Below are positions 9,423 to 23,219 of a DNA stretch of 64,000 bases, piece after piece; within the stretch, counting starts at the first letter, position 1, and every line of letters starts with the position of its first letter. The position numbers were made by a program, and so were the translations under genes. Source of the stretch: an uncultured delta proteobacterium (GTDB taxonomy: Bacteria > Desulfobacterota > Zymogenia > Zymogenales > Zymogenaceae); the NCBI GenBank assembly GCA_963792965.1, contig CAWBYW010000016.1:1-64000 (forward strand). The letters run 5' to 3'. The notes beneath the pieces are model-generated. The model was not told where the DNA came from. It worked only from the letters and a program-made list of their open reading frames with translations, and did not search any database.

Positions 9423-12400
9423 CTAACGAGCCAGCGCCTTCCTGCCTATGTCACACGGGACACACCGCTTCTGGGTCTCCTTTACCGGCCACAGGTCCTT
9501 CACGACGACGGTCGGTATCCCGACGTCGTACGTGCCGCACTCCGAGAGCTTACCACCGTAGCCCGACAGCGATCGAACGCTGAGGCCGGTCCGATACACG
9601 CCCTCACGGAGGTTTTTGTCGGCCACCACCTGGTAATCGATCACAATGCGGCCGCCGCCCGCGAGCGCCGGGTAGTACCAGCTGAGGGTCTTTCTGCCGA
9701 TCGGATCCGGGCCGGGCGCGCCGTTGACCCGGGTGCTGCCCGGGACGTAGTAGAGGCCATCCGGCAGCGCCTCCTCGACCCTGATGCGCGAAAGTGTCCG
9801 TTCTACCTCGCCTACGCAGTCGTTGTCGATCACGATCCGGTAGGTGAAGACGTCGCCGGGTTTGCCGGTCTGGCGCGAGTCGCTCAGGATGATCTTGACG
9901 CTCCTGATGATCTCGGGCGAGAAGACCGTTCGGGGCGGCTCCGAGTTTCCGGGATACCGCTCAACGCTGGCGATCTCCATGATCCGGTTCATGAAGGTCG
10001 TCATATGGTAGGCCGACAGGATCTTATCCTCGCCCGTGAGGTGGGGCTGGACCTTGGAGATCAGGAGGATCGCCGCGATCAGCTCCTGATTGGTGTAGTA
10101 GAGCTCGAGCTTTGTTCTGTCGGGCGCCGTATAGATCGTTCCGTTGGAAAGATACAGCCCCAGCTCCTGGTCCCACTTGGTCTTATCGAACCGCGCGAAG
10201 GCGCCGAGCGCCGCCTTCAAGTACTTCTCGTCTCCGGTTACCTCCCAGGTTCGATAGAGGGCCAGGATCGGGAAGACATTGGTCCCAAGGCATTCAAACC
10301 GGCAGAGGTCACCGGGGATCTTCTCATTGCCGAGCCCCACGACCGCCCGGATTCCGGTGTCGGTGACGAGGTGGCCGGTGATGAAATCGGCCTGGTGCTT
10401 TATGAGCCCAACGAGCCTGTCTTTGGCCGGCCCGTCCTTCATCGCGTCCGCCGCCCGGGTGAGGATGTCCAACGCCCTGCCGACCTCGACCGCATTGACG
10501 CTCCCGGTTACCAACGTCCCGTTGAGAGCGTCGTAATGATCCTTCATCAGCGAATCGATGAGACCGGCCATGAGCTTTTCGTCGTCCCGACTATCGCCAA
10601 GGTAGGCTCGATACTCGTTAAAGAGGCCTCGATCCCTGGCCTCGATCCAGACCGACTCAGCCCAAATGAGGAAGACCTCGTCAAGGAGACTCCCTTTCTT
10701 GTCCGTGATCCTCGGCACGTGGCGCTTTTTCGTCTCATCCCAGGACATCGTAAATCCGTGGGGGACATCGACGCTCGTGTCGGTGGCGTCGGAGACGACC
10801 TCCGTTAGCGCCATGTGTTTTGCCGCGACAGTAAGGATCATGGCGTCCAGCGCGAACCGATCGTTCACAGACAGATCGCTGCGGGAGGCCCGGTCCATGA
10901 TGAACATGATCTGGCGGACCATCGCCGAGGCGGCCGACGACGTCGCGAGCGACTTGTCGAAGGTGGACGCATCCCACCCTCTCTCGATATCGCCAGAGTA
11001 ATATGGTTTGCCCGACGCATACTCAAGGTAGATGATGGAATTGAAGCGCTCCGGGCCTCCGAGCCCCGTGACCCGCTTCACGGTGTCAACGAGATCTCTA
11101 AAGCCTCCCGCTCCGTTGGTCACCTTGGGCGCGTGTTTATTGACAAAATCCTCCATGAATCTGTCGGGAGACGTCCCCCTATTCGCCGCAAGCCTCCTCA
11201 CGAGCTCCGACTCCGAGAGCTTTACCCCCATTCCGGAGTTGAGGGTCAGGTTCTCCACGTTATATCTGCTTACCTCGTCGCTCACGAACTCGGCGTATAC
11301 CGGGATGCCGGGGTCCGTGTCGTACGGGTTGAAGGACGGGAGGTCCTTGCCCAGGTTTCTACGGTAGTCGTGCATGAGCGACGTGAAATACATCCCCTCA
11401 TCGGTCACGAACGTGTTATCGATCAGCGCGCTTGCGATGATATCGGGAACCTCGTAGTGCAGGTTCGCCTTCCACTTGTTCCAGTCCGAGACGGCCTCCT
11501 CATTGCCCGACGCGATGGCGCCGGCGGGCGTGATGTTGAGGACCATCTTTCTCACCAGTATCGGCGCAAGATCGTAGGTTATCCCCTTGCTCCGGATCGT
11601 CGTAATGATCGGTTTGACGTACGACCTGCCGTTGGGATCGTCCGGGACGATGGTGATGGGGGCATGCCATGGGAAGAACCGGTTCTCGTAGAGCTGGAGC
11701 TGGGCCTGGTCGAGGATCCGGTCGGTGGTGTAAGACATGCGGTCCAGATAGTCCTGACGCTCGGCCGTGTCGCCGAAGAGCGTCAGCTCCCTGAGCGCCC
11801 CGATAAGGGCGCCGATAGACTGCGGCGTCAACACGACCTCGTAGTCGGGGTTTTCCTCGTCTGCGAAGAAGCGGAGATCCTCCAGCCAGAGTTTCTTGAC
11901 CATAAACGCGTAGACGTCGAGCGCGGCCGTTCGATATTTCCGATCTCCGGTGACCACGTAGGCCGACAGGAGCGCCCTGACCGCCAGCGCGTTGTCCACC
12001 AGCGTCCTCTTTGCACCGACGACCGGGGAGCTATCGGCGTAGTTGTAGGCCGTATAGATCCCACCGTCGCCCGCCATGAGCTTGTCGATCATGAAATCCG
12101 CGGCGGCCGTGATCTTGCGTTTTGGATCGATGGTATCAAGCGACAGGTCGCGGTTTTCCAGAAAGACCGACCGGAGCGCCAGGATCACAAAACCGAGGTC
12201 CTTTGCGGTCACGGTCCTGTCGGCTGCGGTGCCGCCGGGCTTTCTGATGCTACTAAATGTCCCATCGGTCCTGTCGTAGTGAATCGAATCGATGGCACGG
12301 TAGACTTCGTCCATCCTTCGCGTGACTTCGGGCAGATACGAGCGGACCGTGGGATCGGACGAATGGAGGATGACGCTCCTCATTTTTGAGAGTCCCCACA

Positions 12401-15400
12401 GCACCGAGGCGTGATCGTACAGGGTGCTCGTGTCATCCGTCGTGCGCCACGTCAGGCCGGTTTTCTTGTTGTCGATCGCGATCCTGCTGAAGTGCGGCAG
12501 GTATTTTGTGGGCGCCGGGAACCCTGCGGTCCTGGCAAGTTCCGTCGATATGGACTTCGTCTTCTCGATCGCCTGCGTCAGGAGCACCCAGCCGAAGAAG
12601 CGCTCGGTGGCGTCTCCGCTGGCCAGGAATGTGTCGATCTGGCTTGCCTCCCTCAGGAGGGTAAAGCCGAGCGCCGCGGGCATGATGTTCTTATCCATGA
12701 GCCGCTCTTCCCAGGCGAGCTTATCCTTGGCGATCCGGTCGGCCAGATAGGGGTAGGAGCCGAAATACTCCAGATATATCGGTTGGATTTTGGGGGCCTC
12801 GGTGAGCCCTGCCCGCGCGGCAAGGGTCCTGAGGAGCTCGGCCTGGATATTTGCAGGGCTCGTTCCCTTTTTCTTCGCCTCTTCCACGATACCCGGCGCA
12901 AACGACAGGGGAATTCCGAGGGTCGATTCCATGACGACGTTGCCGAGGTTGAATTCGGCATATTCGCCCAGCTTTTCCACCATCCGGTTGTAGAGGCCGG
13001 TCATCAGGTGCCTTCGCTCGGGGTCGATACCCTGCGCCTCGAGCCACGGGGTGAGGCGCTTCTTTGTCATGAAGAGCTCGGTGGCCGCATACATGGCGAT
13101 ATCGGTCTGGTAGTAGATCTCGGGGTAGCCGGGCACCGTATCGCCGAAGTCCTGAGAGCGGACCGGGGCGGCATTCACGTGGAGGCAGCAATTCGGAATC
13201 GGCCGCTCGGCCTTCACGGGCCGCGCCGGCGTTAACTCTGGCCCGGCGGGTTTGACCGACCGGGGCGTATAGCGGAACGTCTCGAATTCGGGGAATCCCG
13301 GGCCCCTTACCACGACGACGGCATTGGCCGTAAGGACGAGCGGTTTGCCGGCACCGTCGTGCGCGCTCAACACGGCGGTGTTGACGTTTGCCCCAAGTTT
13401 GGCCGCCTGGCTCACCAGCACGTAGTAGTCAAGCGTGGTTACGCTTTCGGGCGCAATGGTCCCGATCGTCCAGATATAGGGATTATTCCCGGCCGGATCG
13501 GCGGCCCGCTTTCCGTTGATCAGGGTCGTCCCGGGCTTATACCTGAACCCCGTGGGCATGGTGTCGGTAATCGTCGCGTCGAAGAGACTGATCTTTCTCC
13601 TGTTGGTAAAGGAGACCGTATAATGGACGACGCTGCCGGGCCCGACACCCCGCGGATTTGCGACCTTGGTGAGGATCTGCGGGAGTTTGGGGATATCCAC
13701 CGTGACATCCACGTCGTGGGCGTCCCGGGCGTCGGTGTCCGCGGGACAATAGGTGTGGCCGTTTTTGATGACGGGCTGAGAGTTGCCGTCCTGTGCCTCT
13801 ACCCACACGTGGTTCGTTGCCTTCCCTCCGGTGGTTGACGAGGTGACGCGCGCCTGGAAGGTGAGGGTCAGGGTGTCGTTCACAGGCAACGTCGCGTCAA
13901 GGTTCCAGGTGAGATCCCGGCCGCTGATATCGTTCGGCTCGCCGAAGTTACAGCTCCCCGTCACGTACTCAAAGCCGATGGGAAGCGTGTCGTAGACGTT
14001 GAGGTGATAGGCCGTCGACAGCCCCACGTTCGTGACGGTCACCTGATAGTCAATAATACTGTCCACCACAGCAACGGTCGTGTTGGTGGCGCTGCCGTCG
14101 ATAGCCGTCACGATCTTATCCGTGACCAGGAAGGGGAGCCGCCCGATCATGGTGGACCGGCTCGAATCAGTCGCATTCGTATCGGCGGGGATATCCAGGT
14201 GCCGGTCTTTGATCACCGCCGACCCGCTGCAGTCGTTGCCCCATGCCTCGACATAGTTGATGATCGTGGACAGGTGTATGATCTCCGAATTGGCGTAGAT
14301 CCGGTACGTGAGCGTCAGCGATGCGCCGGGCGACAGCACGATCCCGGAGGGAGTGCCCAGAATCGCGGCGCTGTCCCATACGATGGTCCCCGTGGTGCCC
14401 GCGGGATTGGCGTGGTGCGTCCCGGGGTGGGCGCCGCCCCAGGAGGCGTCCGTCCAGGACCCGGCGGATCGCTCGGGAGCCGGGGCTCCGTACTGCAGGC
14501 CGGTCGGTAGCGTATCCGATACATTCACGTTATAGGCCGTTCCGTCGCCCACGTTCGTCACGACAACGCTGTAGTCCGCATATTCTCCCGGGCCGATGGT
14601 CGGCGTGGGGTCTCCCGGGTTGACCGGTGTCCCGTTGAGGTCAGCGATCGACTTATCAACAATGAACGCCGGTACGTGGCCCGTCGTTATCGTGTAGTCG
14701 GCGGTGTCGTTGGAAACCGTCCCGATCGGGAAGTGAATCGAGTTGTCTCCGGGGATAGCGTTACCGAGGATATCGTTGCCCGCCACGTGCACGACGTTGG
14801 TATAGGTCGTCCCCTGTTTGATGAGATCGTGGGTGACGGAGGCGACCACCCTGGCGGTGATGGAGCCGTTGCCGGGAAGGGTCACGGGATCCCAGGTGAT
14901 CACCCGTGTTGATGGATCCCAATGAGACCCGGGCCGGTCGGTGGAGACGAAGGTGAAATAAAGCGGCAGCGTGTCGGTGATGGCAACGTTCTCGGCGTCT
15001 CCGCTGCCGATGTTGAGGATCGTGAACGTGTAAGTAACGGTGTCCCCGGGCTCGGCCGCGCCGTCCGCCGTATGGTCGGTGCCGTCACACCCGACGACGG
15101 ACACGAGGCCCTTCGTCGTCCGGAACGCGGGGATCATAAGGTGTATGTCGGCCGACGTGTCCGTCCCGGTGCTCGAGCCGCCGCCGAAGTCAAGGCTTGC
15201 GCCCGTGGCGGTGGCGGAGTTGGGGATATTGTCCCCATCCTTGTTCTGCTCGATATCCGCCACCACCGCGTCCAGCGTGATGATCAGCGCGTTTCCGGAC
15301 GAGGCGTCAAGGCCCGAGAAATTCCAGGTGAGGGTCGATGTGCCCGTCCCGTCCGTCGGGCCGCTCCATGTCGGCTCCACGCCGACGGGGCTCCCGGGAT

Positions 15401-18400
15401 TTGCGGGATAGGTCACCCGGGCGCTGTTTGGGCGATAGGTGAGCCCCGCGCTGAGGTTTTCGGTGACCGTGAGTGCCGGCACCGTCGCTTTCGGGAGGCC
15501 CATGGTGATGGTGTAGGGGACCGTGGAAAGGATCGTCACATTACGCACAGAGTCGGGAGTCTTGGCGATGGAGGCCGCGTTGCTGACCCTCACCGAATCG
15601 CTGGTTGTCGTGACGTAGTCATTGGCCAGGTTGGTATCCGGGCCGGTCCGGCGCTCGGCGCCGGACGCAAGGCTTTCCCAGGTCACTGTCACGTTGTTTG
15701 TCAATACCTCGTTCGGGTTGACCGAGTCATCAAGGGTTACCCTGTATCTTAACGTGACACTGCCGCCTGCCGCGATACTCGTGATAGTATACGTAATGGC
15801 GTTTCCGGAGATCGAATGTGAATCTCCGCCCGACACCCACGTAAGGCTGTTCATCTTTGAAGCAACGGTATCAGTCACTACCACGTTGTGGGCTGTGCTC
15901 GTCCCGTTGTTGGTCACCGACAGGGTATATTCGAGCGTCGCACCGGCCTCGATAACCGTCGCCGGGGAGACCAGCGCGTGGCTCTTGTTTACCGTCAGGT
16001 TCGGCTCGGTCAGCGTCACGCTCGCGGAGGACGCGCCCAGCGTCCCCGTTGCGTTGGTAAAGGCGCAGGTGGCCGTGTTGGGAATGACGTCGCCGTTCTG
16101 GTTCTGGACGACGTTGGGCACGTCCGCCGTCACGTTGATGATCAGGTCTCGATCCGTCGCCGTCGCGAGATACCCCGGGAAGTTGGAGAAGGTCCAGGTC
16201 ACGACGACCCGGGCCGTCCCGTCGTTGGGAGATGAAATGGTGGTTGTCGTAGGCGTGATCGTCCCGCCTCCCGGCGCGACAAATGACGCGCCGAGATACC
16301 TGATTCCGTTGGTGGTGGCGGCCACGCCCCCGATCGTTTCCGTAATCGTCAGCGCCGGGATCGTCACCCGTGGGAGGGTCACGTTGATTCGATAGGTGAC
16401 GCCGTCACCGATGGTCGCCGTCGAGGACGATGTAAGGGTCTTGGTGATAACCGCGTTCATCTCACCTCGAGCCGTCGAGCTGTTCGTCGCAAAGTAATCG
16501 TTGGGCGGGATGATGCCTGTTCCGTTTCGCTCATCGGAGTTCGCCCCGGATATGCTCGTCCAGGTAACACGGCAGTTGTTGGTCAGCGCCTGGTTCGGGG
16601 TAACGGAATTATCGACCGTCGCCGAGTAGGTCAGGGTCGCCGTGTTGCCGGGGGCCGCCAGGTTGAGCGTGTTGATCGTCCAGGTGATGGTGCGAGTACC
16701 GGCGTTATAGCTGTTCGTATCGCCGCCGGCGATGGACGCGACGTTGAGGGTGAGGCCCGCCGGGATTACGTCGGTCACCACCAGGTCATAACCGGTCGCA
16801 TGGCTGGCGACGGTATGGGCGATGGTGAGGGTATAGTTCAGGGCCTGTCCGCCATAGACGTTTCCGGCCGGCAGCCGCGACTTTCCGATGGAAAGTACCG
16901 ACTCCAACACGATGAGGTCTGCGCCCGAATCGCTTCCCGTATGGTGGGCGCCGCCGTAGTCCGTGAAGTCGTACGTAGCCCTGTTGGTGATGTGGGTCCC
17001 GTCCTGATTATTGGTGACGTTAGCCATGGTGGCGGTAAAGGTAATGACAACGGGATTGCCGGACACGGCATTGAGGTTGGTGAAGCTCCACCTGAGTGTC
17101 GTTGCCGCCGTACCGTTATTGGGTCCTGAGGCGATGGACGGGTCCGTCGTCAGGGTGGACCCGTCGGGCAGCGTGATGGTGGTGTTGCCGCTCTTGTAGT
17201 AGATCCCCGCCCCCATCAGGTCGCTGATCGAAAGTGTGGGAATTACCGCCCGGGGTAATGTCACCGTCACGGTGTAGGGCGCCGTGGAGCCGATGGGGAA
17301 GCTTCGGATGCTGTCCGGCGTCTTGGCGATGGTCGCGTTTGTCTCTACCGTAACGGTGTTGGTGGTATCGGAGAAATAGTCGTTGGGCGGGCTGGTCCCG
17401 GTCCCGTTGCGCCGCTCCGGGTGCTCGCCGGGGGTCGAATCGTGGAGGCTCGTCCAGGTTAGGTGCGTGTTGTTGGTGAGTGCCTGGTTCGGGTTGTCGG
17501 TGGCATCCACCACGGCCGTATACGTAAAGGACTTCGTGCCCGCGGCCAGCGTCAGCGTATCAAGCGTCCAGGTGATGGTGCGGGTACCAGCGTTATACGT
17601 GCCCCCGTCGGAGATGGTGCCCGTGTTAACCGTGAGCCCGGCCGGCACCACGTCGGTGACCACGAGGTCATGCGCGTCGGCGGTGCTCGTCGTATGATGA
17701 TAGGCGGTCACGGTGTAGAGCAGGCTCTGGCCGGCGTAGACGACGTTGTCTGGATCATTCTCATTCTTGGTAATGACCAGAACGGCTTCGGTCAGGCGTA
17801 TACTGTCCGTGGCCGAATCGGTGAAGTTGTTGCCGTTGACGGTGTAGGTGGTCGAGGCGGTGTTGGTCTTGATATCGTTGTTGTTGTTGGCCGTAACATT
17901 GCTGACGACCATATCAAAGTCGATCGTGAAGCTCTGCGTGCCGTAACTCCCCGGGACGCTGCCGAGGTTAAAGGTGAGGACACCCCCCGCGGTGGAGTCC
18001 GGCTCCCGCGATACCCCATTGAGGCGCGCGGTTCCACTCACGTATGCCAGTCCCGCCGGCAGCGTATCGGTAATAACTACGTTCGTATAGGTGGAGCCGG
18101 CACCAAAGTAGGCCGACGTGATGGAAACGGGCACCGTCTCTCCGATCGTTGCGGTTGTCGGAACGATCGTCTTGGTGATGTTTGTATACCCGACGTACGC
18201 CTCCGTGGAAACGGTCGAATAGATGCACCCACCGGCGCATACGCCTCCTACCGTCAGCGTATTGGAGAGCCTCCCCTCGTTGCCGATCACCTTGGTGTTG
18301 GCCCTGAGCGTGAATGTCACAACCTCGCCGGCTTCCAGCGTTACGCCGCTCCAGGTAATGGTATTTCCGCTTATGACTCCGCTCACGTTCCCGTTTAGCG

Positions 18401-21400
18401 TGGCGACGACCGGGACCGTGATAGAGCCCATGTCAAAGTCGTCTCCAAGGACATCGGTAATGGTAACGGTGCCGTCGGCCGTCCTGCCGCCGGCGTTCCC
18501 GATCGTGATGTTCCACTGCGCCTGTTCACCCGGCCCGCGCACCTGAAGGCCAGGTGTCATGGCGGCGGTGAAGATTGGGGTCACGGGACGCACACTCGTG
18601 GTAACGGGACCGACCGTTGTCGAGCTTCCCCCGCAGCTCGGGTTGTTCCGGTAGGTGAGGGTGACGTTATTATCCCCGCCGACGGACGGGCAGGGGCTGC
18701 CGGAGACCTCATTTTGGGGGGTAATATCGAAGGTGATGGTGACGGTTTCACCGCTGGCGTCGTCATAGCCGATGAATCCCCCGAAATTTGTCTCATCCCA
18801 CGTGATGACCGTGCCGCCGGCGCTCGCCGTCGGCTCCGGGCTTGCAAATGTCCTGCCCCGACTGCTGGTAATGGTCGTAGAACTCGGGCACGTATACGAA
18901 CCCGGTCGGTATTTGGTTTTCCAGCGTGATGCCGGGCGAGGATACTCCGACGTTCCTGACCTGGATCGTCATCGTTCCGCCGCAGTTGGTGACATCCGCC
19001 GTGACGGAGGTGATGTCTCATATCCGGGGCGGTGATGACGGCCGTCGTGGAGCTGTCGGCCGTCTCTTCGGCGCAATCGCAGTTGCCCCATGAGACGTGG
19101 GCGCGGTTCGTCCCCTCACCGCATCCGTCGATTTTCGCGGTGATGGTATACGTCCGTGTATCACCGGGGGCCATATCGGGGACAATCCAGGGATGGTCCC
19201 TGTCGGTGCCCAGCCCGGTCAGTCCGCCGCTGATGGTTATCGTGCTCTCATCGATGAGATCGGAGGGGAAATCATCCCAGAGCTTGATTCCCGCCGCCGC
19301 ATAGTCGCCGGTGTTCTCCAGGGCGATTGTCCAGGTCGCCGTGTCGCCCCACTGGAGGTAAAGGGGATCGGGGCTGGATGTTTTCGTGATCGAGATGTAA
19401 GGCTTATGGGTCCTGACGATCAGGCCGTTTGTTGCCGGCTGGCCGGCTGCCCCGCAGGGGGTACTGTAGGCGAGGCTGAGGTTCATGACGCTCCCGTCTA
19501 CAAAGTGACAGGTATCGCCCGAATCGACGACAAAGGACACCGTGTACTTCTCCCCGGGCGCTATCCCCCGGGCGTCGTTGAACTCCCACCTGAGCGTGTC
19601 GGGGGTCGGTTGGCTAAAGGCAACGTCGGCACACGCCCCGCTGGGGCACGTCTCGATTCGTGAACCGTCCACGTAGGTAAGCCCATAAGGAATCGTCTCC
19701 GTCAAGACGAGGTTATATGCGTTGGAGCCCCCGATGTTGGTGAAGTCGAATGTGACGATAGCGTCCCCGGTGGCCGGGTTACACATATCGACGTTGGTCG
19801 ACGAGTGGCCGGTGATGGCAACCTTCGTCGGGAGGAGCTGAACCCTCGACGTGACGGCGCCAACCTCCTGGCAGACGAAGCTCGGCGCGCACCCCCAGAG
19901 GGCGCTCACCTCGTTATTGAGCTGGTCGCAGGAGATGACCCGGCCCGTCAGAGTGATCTCTGCGGTGGTCCCCGGCTCGATGGCGGGGATAAGCCAGGTA
20001 AGGTGCCGGTTGTCCGGGTTGGTAAGCGTCACGGTCGACGGATCGACCCCGGTGATCGAGTAGGGGCGGGCCGGGTCGTACTGGCAGACCCGTGTCCAGC
20101 GTATCGGCCACGGCAACGTTGTACGCGGTGCCGCTGCCCCGGTTTGTCACGTAGATAACCCACGTGGGGAGCTTATCCACGCTGTAGATGACCTGCGGGG
20201 TCTTCTTGATAATGATGTTGCCTTCCCAGGTCCCGCGGGCCTCGAATTCCGCCGTCGACGGTGTAGACGTGATACCGCAGAGATCTTCGCCCACCGCGCT
20301 GGCGTTAATGAGCGTCTCGGCGCTGCAGTCCTTGTGAACCTTGAACTGGATGTACCCCGTCCCGGAGCCGGGGATTTCGGAAAACGTCCAGGTGAGGACG
20401 CCGCCCGAATAGGTCGGCTTCATCCCGGCAAAACCCGTCAGCAGGGGATTTGCGCCATCCCCATACGTGGGCGTCTGATCCGTGTCGTAGCTGTAATGAC
20501 CGTTGAGGTCTACCGTGACAACGGCGTTATACGAGGGGTTGGTCTGAGCCAGGTAGAGCTGGAAGGTGGCGTCCTCGCACTTGTTGATGATGTTCGAGCA
20601 CGGGTTGGAGGCGTCTGCCCAGTGGCAGAAATGCAAGATAGTGAGATTAGCGGGCCGCCGAACCGCCGTGACCCAAACGCCCTGGTGAAAGAGTGTATTG
20701 CCGGTTGCGCACAGGGGGACAAAGCCCGCCACCCCGATGTCCGTCCAGTCCACGAAGCTTTGCGGGGGTATGCCCGAGGGAAGGCAGAGGGTATAGGTGA
20801 CGGTGAGGACGTCACCGGCCAAGATATCGGCTGGAACCGACGGCGGACTTGCATGGGGAAAGCCGCTCAGGCCGCCGAGGCCATAGGGCGAGCCGAGGGT
20901 TATCGGCTTCGTGTCCGTATAGATTGTTCCCCCCCGATTGAGTCTGAACGTCGCGTTTCCCGTCGAGCTTCCGCCGGAAAACCTCTGGCCGTTATTCCCG
21001 TTCTCCGTGAAGGTGACATTTGTCCAGTCGGAAATGTTCTGGCCGAAGGTGATCGTATTTGTGTACGCAATGCACCCGCAGAGATCCTGAGACGTGAAAT
21101 CGACTGTCTTCTGAATGGTGAAGGGGGCCTGATCCTCATTGTCGCACTGGACGGCGATGGTCAGCGTGTCTTCGTCACTACACCCGGCAAAAATAGACGG
21201 GACGATAAGCTCGGCCGTCACCCGGTTATCAAAAGTCGTCCCGCAGTTGCACGGATCATATCCGCTGACGGGCGTCAATTGCATATCGTACGTGAGGGTG
21301 ATCGTCCCGTCGGCAACCAACGTCCCGGCCGGGAGGACCCAGGTGATGGTGTGCGCGGTCCCATCGTAGGCTCCACCGCCCGAATTGGTGATGGTAACCC

Positions 21401-23183
21401 CCGCGGGCACGTAGTCCACCACCCGTACGGGCGGCGTCTGGCCCCCGGCAAGCGGCCCACTGTATGATACGCTTATCGTGTAGGTGGATGCCGCGCCGTT
21501 CACGTAGAGCGTATTGGATCCGCTCTTTTCTACGTGGAGCACCGGCGTATTCACGAGGGGAAGGGTGGCCGTTGCGGGCTGCACCACGCACGTTGTGCAC
21601 ACATGGCCAGATGGAGTGATGGTGACGCGGTTCACGAAGTCGTCGCCGCAGTTGGCGCTGGCATAGTTCGGTGTGAGCGTGACGGTATAGGTCTTCGTGA
21701 CATGGTCTTCCCCCGCACCGACGGTAAACACCCTGTCGCTCCAGCTTACCACTTGGCCGATGGCGGACCCGCCGTCGCTCGGATCGGAGGCGACAAACGC
21801 GGCAGGGACATCGTCGATGGTCGTCGCGGTGATGCTTGTTCCCTCGGGGGCATGGAACGTGACGGTGATATCATAATCGCCGCCCTCGCCCTGATTGAGA
21901 TTGATGGGCCCCGTCTTCCTGATCTCAAAATAGGGCACCATGGGTGGATCGCCGATATGAAGCTCCTGGATAGGAGGCGAAAAGTCGGATCCACAGTCGT
22001 CCTTGAAGCGTGGAACGAATATTATGGAATCGCAGAGCGAGGGATTGCAGGGGTCTTTCCACCTCACGTTAAAGGTCAGTGTGGTGCTCTCCCCCCGGTG
22101 CAGGGTTCCAAGTGAAAATTCGCCTGCGATATCCGGGGGTCCGTAGGGCGGTGGAGGCGGTCCTGGTGTGTAGTTGGCGGGGGAGCCGTAAACGACCAGC
22201 TGGTCCGGCAGGATTATCCCCATGTAGAGGTTATTTATCGTCCCGGCCGTGCCGCCGGCGGGATCGTTGTCGGTGATCTGGACCGTGACGACCCCATCCC
22301 CACAGTACGGGACATTCAAGGGGTCGCTGGTGAATGAGTAGGAGAGGTTTGGGGTCCGGTAGTCGAGCGTTATGCTGTCCTCGACGTGATCCGTCCCACA
22401 GGGCGCGCCTCCCACACCGCAATCGCCGTAACTCCCGTCGACGGTGAGGGTGAGGTTGCTGCAGGAAATGATGTCGGCTTCCAGGTGAGTCCAGAGAACC
22501 CGTGCCTGAGGGCCGATCGGACCGGGTATTGTGCCGGTAGTAACCCCGGACGGGTTGAAGCCCGCGCCGAGCGTCGCGGTCAGATTGATGTTGGTAAGAT
22601 CGCCGACGCCGACGTTCTTTACGTAGATATCCCAGGCGGCCGTCTCGCCGACCGCCCTCCTCTGGCTGAGGGGAACGACCTCGATGGCGAGGTTCGGCCT
22701 CAACACGGTAATGGGACCGGACCAGGCGTAGTCGGTTGTCTCGGTGGGGGGAAGGCCCGTCGAGTAGGTAACGCTGACCAGAAGAGCCCTGCCGATCACC
22801 GCCTCGCAAGACGGCCGCACCGTTACGGTGCCGGTCCAGGTATCTGTCCCACCCGGGCTCCCGTGTCCCTCGAGGGTAACGTCCTCCCACGTTACCATGG
22901 GGGGGCTCTCCCCGTAACCGCCGGGTGTCGCGGATGTAAAGGTGAAGTCACCGCTTCCCGTGTGGCTCCCCGCGTTTTCCACAACGAGGGCATTTATCGT
23001 GATGCCCGTTATCGGATCGGCGCTGTCGTTGGTCACGGTTATCGTGAACGTACCGTCTCCGCAGACGCTGATGGAAGGAGAGGCCGGGGTGATGGACGGT
23101 ATATCTATATCCTGGGCAAAGGCAAATATTCCGCACAGGAGAATCAGGACGACAAACTGGACTCTTCTTTTCACGCTAATCAT
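9423..23183 (-). CDS. Giant (~4,590 aa) secreted DUF11/isopeptide-forming Ig-repeat protein with a C-terminal duplicated (alpha/alpha)6-like domain; split by about 3 frameshifts (~20090, ~19015, ~18885)
   Basis: Signal peptide MISVKRRVQFVVLILLCGIFAFA. ORFs 19914-23195, 18581-20116 and 9423-18593 join in mid-repeat. About 25 (estimate) repeats K...Y.I.V.N.G...A.N.V.TD.LP.G..Y...ITW...N.A. Helical C-terminal region with ALLSAYVVTGDRKY and ALYRTWEVTGDEKY. Confidence 0.85.
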
Positions 23184-23219
23184 ACAAGTTCTCAAATCAG
23201 GTAATGGAATGATATGCCT

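Noticed and set aside
18581-20116. Separate genes or programmed frameshifting within the giant
   Set aside because: Breaks fall in mid-repeat, later fragments have no signal peptide, and similar indels occur across the window. Sequencing error is the simpler explanation but needs reads to confirm.
9363-22890. Many long plus-strand ORFs opposite the giant gene (e.g. 9363-10808, 10815-12389, 20334-21467)
   Set aside because: Antisense shadow ORFs of GC-biased coding sequence; R/G/V-rich with no family motifs.
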